A stretch of 32,270 bases of DNA, from the NCBI GenBank assembly GCA_008632985.1, contig QPGO01000013.1, positions 806,001 to 838,270 of the forward strand. Direction: 5' to 3'. This DNA comes from Psammoneis japonica. Its lineage: Eukaryota. The notes under the pieces were generated by a model that saw nothing but the letters and a program-made list of their open reading frames with translations, did no database searches and was not told the DNA's origin. The position numbers were made by a program, and so were the translations under genes. Shown piece by piece: positions 12,457 to 22,872 of the stretch. Numbering within the stretch: the first letter of the stretch is position 1; each line of letters starts with the position of its first letter.

Positions 12457-13787
12457 ATGGTGTCCAAGGCCCCAGTGGCAGGAACTTGTGTGATTGGCAA
12501 GCTTTAAGAAATGAGAATGAAAATGGCACATGTTGTGTTCTTGTCATCACCACAAAACCATCCCATTTTCTGGCCATGCTTTTTGATCTGCAGGTCTGGG
12601 AGCAGCCCTCTGAAGCTGCTCTGATGCAATGCTCAATGGCTCACAAATCATGTTGACCAATTGACCACTGTTGTGCCCCTCAAGCTGTCCCCAACAATGT
12701 GATTGTGGACTTTGGATGCCCTTTCATTGTGATGACAAGCACAGTGATTGTCGGGCAGTGTGGAGATGCTTGAAACAGCTTGCTTGCCTTGTTGAAAGAC
12801 ATGCAACAAGATGAGCTGTGTTGGAGATTTTCCTGCCTGTTGCTCTCAAGCAAGAACACCATGGTCCCATGGTCAACAATTTTGTTGTCACAAAGGATGG
12901 AAAGAAGAGTCAAAGCACATTGCCGCTGTGCAGCAATGAGGATGCATGCCCTGACTTTCAGCACCTGATGGCAGAAATTTTGGGGCAGCAGAGCCAGGTT
13001 TTGAAACTGCTCATTCCTGCATTGGAGAGTCTGCATGAAGCAGGGCACTTGCATGCATGTTTCTTTCATCCTCCCATTGTTGATGCTCCTTGGATCTCAA
13101 AGGCACAACAAGGCCATTGTGGTGGGGATGCATTTGAAAACATCCAAGTTGGCTCTCATTTCCATCTTGTCCTTGCTCTTTAAAAAGAGCATGCTGAATG
13201 AAATTGAAATCCACCCATTGGCAGGATGCTGTCAACATGGGCTGTGACACTGTTGTGAATTGCGCTGGTCTTGGAGCATCAAATGTGTGCAATGATGGAG
13301 ACTTTGTTGGAGCTTGTGTGTTGTTCTGCTGCACTGTTGCCAAAGACAGGGTTGCTCACAAGGCAACAATGATGGTTTGCTTGTGGACACTGCAGCATTG
13401 ACCAAAGATGCACCATGCTGGGGAAGTGAGATGGAGCTGTGTTGTCTTGTCCCACGCAGTGACATGTTGCCAGTTGGCAGAAATTGCCAGCTGGAGCAAA
13501 ATGCCAGATGTTGAAAGTGAAATTTGGCCAGAAGAAAGGAGATTTCTTCTCCAGAATGCACGGTCACTCAGCATCAACATTGCTTGACAACACCCAGCAG
13601 GGTGGGAATGGATGGGCTTTTGACCTTGCTGGCTGGCAGTTCAATGTGAAGCAAACAACATTTGTGGCAAAGAAGAAAAGAAGCACAGGTGGCCCATGCT
13701 CATGATTGTGGCTTTAGAGAAGTGGGTGGGTGGGCTGCATTTGCTGGCATGGCAGCACACACTGCAGATCTGGTGGCCAATTTGCAA
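12457..13787 (+). pseudogene. Hypermutated D-amino acid oxidase pseudogene (paralog of 3835-5170)
   Basis: Aligns along the whole gene. It has frameshifts and a ~56-nt deletion (equivalent to 4581-4636) between CAG microhomologies. Both splice donors changed gta->gca, the stop changed TAA->CAA, and TpA and CpG are almost all converted. Confidence 0.93.
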
Positions 13788-13925
13788 ACCATGTCGTTGC
13801 AGCATGTTCTCTGCAACACATGTCACATTGCCAGGAACAAGATTCTTTGTCTTTCATTGCCATTCTCAACCAAATGCACTTTGTGATTGGCAACAAAGTG
13901 TGGAGAAAACAAAGCAAACTTTGTT

Positions 13926-14268
13926 TGGTGCAGATCTGAGGCAAGACCAACAAGAGATGGTGGTCTGTGCCTCCCCCTGCATGAGTGGGGGGTTGTCTTC
14001 CATGACATGCCCCCGCATCGGATGGCTGACGCAGAAGCAGTGCGCAAGCCCACAAGCACCATGCAAGCCACAGCAAGCTCACTCCTTTCTTTCATCAACA
14101 TTGCACTGCAACGTTGATGAGTTCAAAAGTGAGTTTTCACTTGCAGCCCATGCCACCCACCCTTTGCAGATCTCTGGCTGGAGCTTCAAATCCGGGTCAG
14201 GGGGGTGCCACAACCAACCAGAGAGCTTGTCCAAGAGCACTTCAGCCAAAAGAGGAAAGCAGAGTCGA
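13926..14268 (-). mobile_element. Insertion in the duplicated intergenic region: near-complete copy of an LTR-like repeat
   Basis: Absent from copy A (5240-5270). Its reverse complement matches 16369-16654 and then continues into 22697-22807. Confidence 0.75.
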
Positions 14269-14568
14269 GAGCAATGGAGGGCAATCAGCCCATCCATTTG
14301 CATTGACAGCAGAAGGCTCACCAATTGCTCAAGTGTGATGTGCAGAACAATCTTCTTGTTGAATTGCCACCATTTTGTGTTGGTTTGAGCATTTGCCAAT
14401 TGCAACAAGTCCAATGTGTCGCGACTTTGTGAGACAAGAAAAGTCTCGACTCAAAAGCATGTCCAGGAAAACAACAACAATCTGCTGCTGATGCTTCATG
14501 CAAGTGCATCATTCCCGCATCATGAATGTGTCCATGTCCTGCATCTCATCAAAAGAATTTTGTCCGCG

Positions 14569-15617
14569 TCATTCACAGATTTTTGCGAGTCTCACAAGAA
14601 TCGTTCCAACATCAAATGCAGCAATGCTGCTTTGTGCCCTCCCCCCCCTGCCCTTGGAGGATGAGGAGTGGTGGCCCTTCTTTCCACCCTTGCCCTTGGA
14701 GGACGAGGAGTGGTGGCCCTTCTTTCCACCCTTGCCCTTGGAGGACGAGGAGTGACAGCCCTTTTTTCCACCCTTGCCCTTGGAGGACGAGGAGCAGCCC
14801 TTTTTCCCACCCTTGCTGAGACTTGGTGAGCAAGAGGGTGGGTGAGTCGGAGCATCTGATGGGGTCATTGATGGGACCATGCTTGGAGCATCCGACGGGG
14901 TCATTGACGGCTCTGGGGTCATCGGCACCACGGGGCAAATGCTCTGTGGAGGATTGCCCAAATCAGTCTAAAGAGACAAAAAAGAAGCAACCAGTGTGAG
15001 CCAAGTTCATGGGGAACGACTGCATGCATGTCGCAACTTACAAACACGGTCCAACCAGCCTGATCGCCCGCCTCTAAGAGGGGAAAGATTCCGCAGTCAT
15101 TGCAACAAACGATCACATGAGTGTTTGTCACAGTCTCTTCATTGTCGTTCAATCCAGTCATCACAGCTTGCAGTCCACGGGGCAGGCTTGCCGAGTCAAG
15201 GTCCTGCGTCATGGTGGCGATTGTGGATGTGTGGGTGAAGGTGTCACCGTCAACACAGGGACCTGTTTGGACCGTTTGGGCCACCACCTGCAGATTTTGG
15301 TCCAATTCAAAAATCTGAACGTTTTTCACCGACATGGGCACCAAATCCTCCACTGGAACATTGTCTCGACCGTGAATCTCTGTCAAGCATGCCGTCTCAC
15401 TGACACCAGGACCCTCCATGGTTGTGTCATCGCACACCAAGCCAAAATTGAGGGTAAATTCGTACGTTCCCGGTTGACAAGCACAAATGTCTGTCCCAAC
15501 AGTCTGAGCACTAGCCTGCCAACCACACAGCAATGTGGCAGTCGCCATCAACAGGGTTCGCACCATCCGAGCCGTGCCTCCACGATGGTGTGGCGACCGA
15601 TCTGGGCCAACCGCCAT
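14569..15617 (-). CDS. Paralog of the 5510-6480 secreted protein, open but recoded (Tyr->His/Cys). Exons 15617-15042 and 14967-14569. May be a pseudogene
   Basis: Strong protein similarity (TDICACQPGTYEFTL, VQIFELDQNLQVVAQTV, NDCGIFPLLE). Intron 15041-14968 keeps gtaag and ttag, and both exons are open. The linker is PSMTPSDAP rather than poly-Pro. Tail repeats read KKGCH/HHSSSSKGKG. Confidence 0.65.
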
Positions 15618-16039
15618 TGCGCTTTGTTGCAAGTCGAAGAGCAATGCGTTGTGTTGTGTGCATTGAGAACTGTGATTTTTTGACGATGACAATGGACAAA
15701 GTGGTGCTGTGATGATCGCGGGAATGAATCACGGAACGTTCCATGCTGTGCCGCATGGCATGCCGGCATGCAATGTCCAGGCTCTTTGACACATCCTAAA
15801 TGGGCTGCATTGAACAACTTTAAAGTGAAGCAAAATGAAAGATGAACATCGCGGTTGCCGCGAAATTTGAAATTTTCATCCGTTGGATTTGTTCGCATGA
15901 CAGCACCACGCGGGGGGGGGGGAATGTCTCCGCACACACTGCCCAATCAATGGGTCGCTTGCTTTTTGTCGCTCTTGACTGACGCGTTCCAGGTCTAGGT
16001 GGGACCTCGCACCACTGAACTGTGACATCGACAGTTTTT

Positions 16040-16330
16040 TGAATCACGTCGCATGTCGCGCACGTAGATTTCTACGTGATTTTTTTGACATTTTGTGTCA
16101 TTTTACGGTGCACTCATTGAGCGATCCGTCCAACAACTTTTGACATTTTTTGTTACAGCGCGATTCTACAATGTCTTAAGAATCGCGTAGGGCAGGTGCA
16201 TTTGCAAAAACGTCTAGTGGCAAGAGGCACGATTGCACCACAAACTTGGCCGTTTATTTGATGTTGAAGATGAATGCATGCATCAATTAAATTCTCGTAC
16301 TGCGGAGCTCGCACGTGGAATTCTACGGGC
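16040..16330. promoter_or_regulatory. TpA/CpG-retaining island with palindromes
   Basis: CACGTAGA-tt-TCTACGTG at 16061-16078, CGCGATTCT-N11-AGAATCGCG at 16159-16187, and a degenerate second copy of the first motif at 16311-16329. Function unknown. Confidence 0.35.
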
Positions 16331-16334
16331 CCAA

Positions 16335-16654
16335 TGTCACACGGAGTCCCACCCAGGGCTGGAACGCGTCGACTCTGCTTTCCTCTGGTGGCCGATGCGC
16401 TCTTGGACTAGCTCTCTGGTTGTTTGTGGCATGGCCACCAGCCCCAGACCTCAAGCTGGAGCCAGCCAAGTCTGAGGCAACCCAGATTTGGAGCTCCAGC
16501 CAGAGAGCCGTGTGGCAAAGGGTGGGTGGTGAGGGCTGCAAGTGAAACTCACTCTCGAACTCAGCAACATTGCAGCATGACATTGATGGAAGAAAGGAGT
16601 GAGCATGCTGTGGCCCATGGGGAGCTCACAGGCTTGTGTGCTGCTTCTGTGTCA
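16335..16654 (+). mobile_element. Left part of a split LTR-like repeat (starts TGTCACA)
   Basis: Matches the reverse complement of ~14027-14268. Its terminus is the inverse of TGTGACA at 22801-22807. Confidence 0.65.
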
Positions 16655-19316
16655 AAAAGAAAGACAAAAATCTGCATTTTCAGTGCTGCCACTCCCTGGG
16701 TCGTGTGCTGGGTCTGGCAAAAGGGGAGGGCAACGAGATGGCCCAGTGGGTCTTGAAGGGAAATGGCAACGTTGTCCCCAGGCGGTCCGTTCGATGCTTG
16801 ATGACCGCCGAACTCAACAGCAACACTGAGAAGCGCAAGCGCAAGATTTTTGATCAGTGTGTTGAGTCACGTTGGGGTTCTGCCGCTTGCCCTGTGTCTC
16901 GTCCACGGGAAAGCAATGCATTCCACATGGAGATTCTGACGAGAAGGTTCCCCTGTATGACAAGTTGATCCACGCCAAGGTTGCCCTTCCTCAGGGTGAC
17001 AAGCCATGCAATGCCAAGGTCATTGGTTGCTCTGCAGATCCTGAAGGTCGCACCGTGGGCTCTTACAATGACAATCCCATCATGAACACACTTTTGTACG
17101 AAGTCGAGTTTCCTGACGGGGAGGTGAAGGAGCATGCGGCCAACGTCATCGCCAAGAATCTGCTCTCTCAGGTTGACTCCGAAGGCCACACACTCAACGT
17201 TTTTGACAGTGTCCTCGATTTCGCCAAGGATGACACCGCATTGACCAAGGACAACATGCATGCCAAGGTTGGCAAGCGGTCTCGTCTGCGCAAGACAACG
17301 TGTGGCTGGAAGTTTCTTGTGTCATGGAAAGACGGATCTGAGTCGTGGGTTTCCTTGAAGGACATGAAGGAATCCCACCCAGTGGAAATGGCCGAATTTG
17401 CCAAAGCAAGAGGCATGGATCATGAACCGGCTTTCCGATGGTGGATGCCGCACACACTCCGGAAGCGTGATTGCATCGCATCAGCGGTTGAGGCTCGTGT
17501 GCGACGTGTCACTCACAAGTGTGGAGTCAAGCCACCCAACACTGTCAAGGAGGCACTCGAGCTCGACCGACAGAACAGTGACAACCTGTGGGCAATGGCA
17601 ATCGAGAAGGCGATGCGTGACGCGGGTGTTGCCTTTGAAATGCTCGATGACGACACTCCAACTCCTGTCAGATGGTCCAAGCAATTGGGTCACCTTGTGT
17701 TCGATGTCAAGATGACCATGGCTGGGAAGGCTTGGTGGGTCCTAGATGGACACAAGACTTCCAACCCAGAAGGATCGACGCATGCAGGTGTGGCATCACG
17801 AGAAAGTGTGCGAATCGCTCCAACTTGTGCTGCTTTGAATGACATTGATGTCATGGCAGCGGATGTTCAGAATGCATGTCTGCAGGCACCGTCGTCGCAG
17901 AAGCATTGCATCACATGTGGCACCAAGTTTGGCATCGAGAACGTGGGCAAGTGTGGCCTCATCCGTCGTGCATTGTGTGGAGGCAAGTCTGCAGGACGAG
18001 ACTTCCGGAATCATCTACGAGCCTGCATGTTGCATGTCAGATTCAAGCCTTGTAGAGCGGACCCTGATGTTTGGATGCGTGAAGCACTCAAGGCGGATGG
18101 TGCTGAGTGTTGGGAGTGCGTCCTGTTGCACACGGACGATGTGCTGTGTGTCTCCAACAATGCTGAAAAGATTCTGTGGGAGGAAATCGGCAAGTGCTTT
18201 CCACTGAAGGAGTCCTCAATCGGTCCTCCTGGCCTGCATCTGGGAGGTCACCTTCGCAAAGTGGAGCTTGAGAGTGGAGCTGAGGCATGGGCCTTCAGCT
18301 CTTCGCAATGCACTCAAGCATCCGTGAAGAACATAGAGATCTGCCTGTTGGAGAAGGGAATGAAGCTGCTGTCCAAGGCTTCCACCCCTCTCAGCAGCTC
18401 GCATCATCCCGAGGTTGACACGACGCCCGAGTTGCAACCAGCAGAGGCAGCTCACTGTCAATCGCTCATTGGTGTCTTGCGTTGGATGGTGGAGCTTGGT
18501 CACGTTGACATTTGTCTGGAAGTGTCCATGATGTCCTCTCACCTTGCTCTGCCCCGAGAGGGACACCTTTCCCAGGTCTGCCATGTCTTCGCCCACCTCA
18601 AGAAGCATCACAGTGCGGAAATGGTGTTTGATCCCACCCATCCGGACATTGATGAAGAGTTGTTTGCATGTCGCGATTGGACCACCTCTGAGTTCGGTTT
18701 AGCCACAAAGGAGGAGATGCCTGCTGATGTGCCCCACGCTGGGGGATCAGGTGTGGTCACACGAGCCTTTGTCGACGTGGATCATGCGGGTGACTCCATC
18801 ACTCGTCGGCCCCACACTGGATTCTTGATCTGTCTGAATTCGGCACCCGTCTGTTGGATGTCGAAGAAGCAGACGAGTGTCAAGACGAGCTTGTTTGGGT
18901 CAGAATTTGCTGGCATGAAGCAGTGTGTGGAGCGCATTCGCGGACTCCGCTACAAGCTTCAAATGATGGGGATCCCGGTCATCGGACCGGCTCATGTTCA
19001 TGGAGACAACCAGTCTGTCCTGGCGAACACCTCCATCCCCAATTCGACATTGAAGAAGAAATGTCACAGTTTGGCACGCCACTTTGTTCGTGAGGGTGCG
19101 GCCCGGGACGAGTGGCGAACGGCATGCGTCAATGCGCACCTCAATCCCAGCGATCTGATGACTGAGGCACTGCCTTCAGGGGAGAAGCGCAGTCGGTTCG
19201 TTAGAATGACATTGCACTGTCTTGGAGGGAAGGTGGATTGGGCCATGTCGGTTGAACCACCTGCCAGTGCGGAGGGTTTTGCTGGAGTTCCCTGCCTGTG
19301 GAGTGGTTTTGTTTGA
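16655..19316 (+). mobile_element. Ty1/copia (diatom CoDi-type) pol 3' part: integrase C-terminal region, RT, RNase H. Catalytically decayed
   Basis: Motifs LGRVLGLAKGEGNEMAQW, TTCGWKFLVSWKDGSESWVSLKDMKES, GHLVFDVKM, DVQNACLQA, RALCGGKSAG, ADPDVW, LLHTDD, FVDVDHAGD, SLFGSEF, HGDNQSV and ARHFVRE are present. ORF 16872-19316 is 814 aa, with a frameshift near 16880-16960. Confidence 0.95.
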
Positions 19317-19417
19317 ATTTTCCACTTGATGGATGTTTGCATGCAGTTTGCCATCGCATGATGTTGATGAATCCCTTTGTTGGCAATCTGGCTTGACGAC
19401 ATGACCAAGTCTAGATT

Positions 19418-19561
19418 GAGGGGAGTGTTTTGGTCTGCCCATTGTTGGATCAGCGGGATTGCCTCTACGTTGAAAAGCCACTGCTCTGCAGTGCCAAGAG
19501 GGTGTGACGTGTTTGTGAGTTCGGTTCCTGGAAAGTGAGACTTTGTGCGATGTCTGCGACA
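19418..19561 (+). mobile_element. Putative polypurine tract (gaggggag, 19418-19425) followed by a short LTR candidate TGT...ACA (19426-~19561)
   Basis: A purine tract directly followed by TGTT lies just after RNase H. The right boundary is a guess because there is no second copy in the window. Confidence 0.5.
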
Positions 19562-19659
19562 TTTCCAGGACACCAGCACAAGATCGAGAGGTCCACTTGA
19601 GGATCCTCTCACAATTCGAATAGATCGCACTTTGATTGTTGATTCATTCTGTCGACACA

Positions 19660-21711
19660 GTTTTGGCAAGAAGCTTGGGCCCGGATCGCAAAAGAAGAAA
19701 AAGGAAGGAGGCAAGAACCCAGCGGAGGGTCGCAGTCAGAAGAACATGAAGAAGATGATCTCAGAAGCAGTGGCCTCTGAGCTGGCTTCTCGGGACAAAC
19801 AGGAGCAGCAACCCAATGCATCTGACGCCGATGATGCCCAAGCTGGTGCCCACCTGTCATCGTTGGTGCAGGCAGCATCTGCGTCGGCTCCTGCTGCGTC
19901 ACAGCCTCTGCCGCCACCACCTCCTCTGGCGCCTTCTGCTCCGCCTGCCCAAGCTTCTTTCTGTTCAATTTGAGGCTCTGGCTGTCACGCTTCAATCCAT
20001 TCTGCAACGCGCCGGCGCCAAGAAATGAAATGAAGGGACGGCGCTGTGTTCCCCATGTCTCCTCGCTTGAGGGGAGAAAGTGCTCCTTTTGTGCCATGGA
20101 ATCACAGTCGTCGATTCCCAATCATTCTGTTTTGAAATTTGTTGATCGCTGCATGGTCTCTGACATCACAATGGACACAAGCGACGAGACTGCGAACGGG
20201 AACGAGATGCGCACTGAGTTGGATTCGTGTGCCAATGTGGTTGTTGTTGGCAGAGGATCCTGCGTCTTGAACGACACCGGTCGCACCGCCCAAGTCAGCC
20301 CGTTCAACCCAGAATGTGAGTCGATGAAAGATGTGAGGATCGTTGATGCGCTCCTTGCATGCGACTGTCCGCATTCGATGAAGACATGCTTGTTGGTCCT
20401 TCACAACGCCTTGCACATCCCGGCGATGGACCACAACCTTCTGCCACCCTTTGTGCCATGAGAAGCAGGGGTGACGGTCAATGACGTCCCCAAGATTCAG
20501 ATCAAGGGATGAGAGCCGACAGAGGATGACCATGCCTTGGTGTTCTTGGATGTGAAGACACGGACTCCTTTGTCATTGTGGGGAGCATTCTCCTGCTTCC
20601 CAACCCGTTGTCCGACACTCCAGGAAATGAGAGACACCGACGATGCACTGGTGCTCACTCCAACTGGACACACCTGGAACCCTCACTCAGGTTCCTGTGC
20701 GCGCAATGAAGAGAGCATGTTGGACTGGGAGGGGAACATGTCAGACAAGCGAGACCGGGTGAAAATCCTGGCAGAGGATCTTCCGGATGAAGACGAGGAG
20801 CTCCGACTCTCCTCAACCATGACAAGTGTCGAGACGTGCATGATTGATCACAACATGACGTTGATTGACCACTTCGAAGCATGGGATGACTTGAGTGGAA
20901 CTCGTGGAACTGTTCGTGAAGTTGACAGTTCTCATGCTGTCTCATGTGATGTCTCTGTCACTCTTGATCCTGTTGCACTTGCAGAGAGCCTTCAAGATCG
21001 TCGCGATGTTGGAGTTTTTGCTGCTTCAGTTGGGTCTGCGCCAGTGGGACACGAAGATGACTCGGGTCAAGATGACAATGTAGACTTTGACATTTTCAAG
21101 GATGTCCAACTTGAAGACATTGTTGACGACCTTGTGGAGCACTTCGAGTCAGACCCTGAGGTCAATGTTGGTGGGACCACGGCATCAAAGTCCAAGGGTG
21201 CATCCCCAGAGCATCTGTCTAAGATCTGGCGGATGAGCACCAAGGATGCAGAGCGGACGATTGACAACACCACCCAACCACTGCATTGCTCCGAGGACCC
21301 TGCTCTCTCATGCAACTGCTCCACGAATGACAGAATGCTCTGACATCGGCGCATCTCTCAGCACTTCTTTATGGACACCTTCTTTGCGAGTGAGAAGGCT
21401 GGAAAGTCCACAAGGGGGTGCTCGTGCATGCAATTGTTTGTTGCGGACAAAGGCTTTGTCCATGTTGTCCCAATGCATGCTCGATCAGAAGTCCCTCAGG
21501 CTCTCAAAATGTTCATGAAGGAAGTGGGTGCACTGGAAGCGATTGCATGTGATGGCAACTCAGCGCAGAAGTCCGACAAGGTTCGGCAATTCCTTCACTC
21601 TGTTGGCACCAGTCCACGTCTGTTGGAGGAAGGAACGCCATGGTCGAACCGCGCTGAGTTGTGCGTTGGCCTGCTCAAGGAGGCCGTTTGCAAGGATGTG
21701 AAGGCGTCCTC
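19660..21711 (+). mobile_element. Ty1/copia (CoDi-type) 5' part: gag C-terminus, aspartic protease, integrase N-terminus and core. Decayed
   Basis: Lys-rich gag tail ending TLQSILQRAGAKK*. Protease RTELDSCANVVVVG..NALHIPAMDHNLLPPF. Integrase PEHLSKIW..AERTI..TTQ, FMDTFFA, CMQLFVADKGF and EEGTPWSNRAELCVGLLKEAV. In-frame TGA stops at ~20459 and 21341. Confidence 0.9.
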
Positions 21712-22696
21712 TCGCCACTTGCTCCAAGCCAGCCCACACTCCCAGTGCACCCACAGGTGCGGCAGAAGTTCTCGTCAACTGGCCCAAATTGGCGTCGCCA
21801 TGCTGTGATGCCCATCTGGTTAAAATGAGGCTGCACAGGAAAGAGAGTGTTGCTTTCTTTTTGAGTGGATGCAGAGAACCCACACTTCGACAGCAAACAA
21901 CAATGACACCATTCAGAAAAGGATGCAAACGCAGCACCAAATGAGGGGAACAACCTTGCTTCCAAGGATGAATCTTGTCTTCAACAAAAATTGACTTGAT
22001 TTTGCACTTGCAGGCTCTGGGACAAAAGTGAAAAATTCACCACTCAGAGCAGCAAGTTTGGCATGCCGGAAAACAAAAGAAGGGAAGTTCAGGACTTGCA
22101 GGCACGAAACAGAGAGCCTTGATGACATGACAAGAAGGGTGTTGGAAGAAATGACATTCTCACATGAAATTGACACTGGATCTGGAATGGAAATGTCTGA
22201 CCATGCAGCAGATGGATGGTCATCAGAGGCAGCGCGGATGGTGTGTCCAAACAATGAACACTCGTGAGTGCCACAACAGGGACAGTGCTTTCACCACATG
22301 GGGTGAAGAACTTGATTGGGCAGCTGGGAAAGAAAAATTGGTTGAGGGCTGGTGGGTGTGTGGATGGAAGCAGTTTGCACAGATGACACCGCTGTTGTTG
22401 GTGGATGTTTCTGAAGCATGCAGAATTTCTGTGAGATCCTGTGCAGAAAATGCATTGGGTCTGCAAAAAAAATGCCAAAAGGAACAACAAGCATGCAAGC
22501 CATGAGGCTTTGACTCCAGTCATTTTCCACTGAAAAATGTTGTGTGTCGTGCTGAGATGAGGGCATGCCATTGGCAGAAGTGGCCAAAATTGTCCTGAAG
22601 GACTTGACAAATTACCGTCTGAGAAGGGTGACATCAGTGCAAGAGCGCACGCAGAAACACATGCAGGGTTTCTTGGTGGGTGGCTGCCACAAAAAG

Positions 22697-22807
22697 TGCT
22701 TCTGTGCCAGTCATCTGATGCAGAAGCAGGCCATGAAGGACACACACCCCACTTGTGCAGGGAGGGGGCACAGACCACCATCTCTCACTGGCCTTGGATC
22801 TGTGACA
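22697..22807 (+). mobile_element. Right part of the split LTR-like repeat (ends TGTGACA)
   Basis: ggcacagaccaccatctc..gatctg matches the reverse complement of 13930-13975. Confidence 0.65.
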
Positions 22808-22872
22808 AAGGCACGTCAAACAACAATGCAATGGCCCCACACTGCACTGCACTGTGTGACATGGATGAAAAT

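Larger units (their letters stand above)
11100..15620. repeat. Second copy of a tandem segmental duplication (first copy ~2230-6480)
   Basis: Colinear matches: upstream repeat, caggttgaggaacacatg (3384/11926), cacaaattggagaa, the DAO gene, intergenic ttttgcgagtctcacaagaatcg, and the secreted-protein gene in the same order and orientation. Confidence 0.92.

Noticed and set aside
14640..14815. Regularly spaced ~39-bp repeats (and ~36-bp repeats at 5514-5660) as a CRISPR array
   Set aside because: These are tandem coding repeats without unique spacers, the context is eukaryotic and no cas genes are present.
16159..16217. Helitron 3' end (hairpin plus CTAG)
   Set aside because: The spacing is long, and no matching 5' end or Rep/helicase was seen.
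16872..19316. An active retrotransposon pol, or an alternative genetic code for Tyr
   Set aside because: Catalytic and conserved residues are altered to both His and Cys, and neighbouring genes use TAY normally.
21712..22696. Possible zinc-finger or transposase relic
   Set aside because: Motifs are too degraded to assign.
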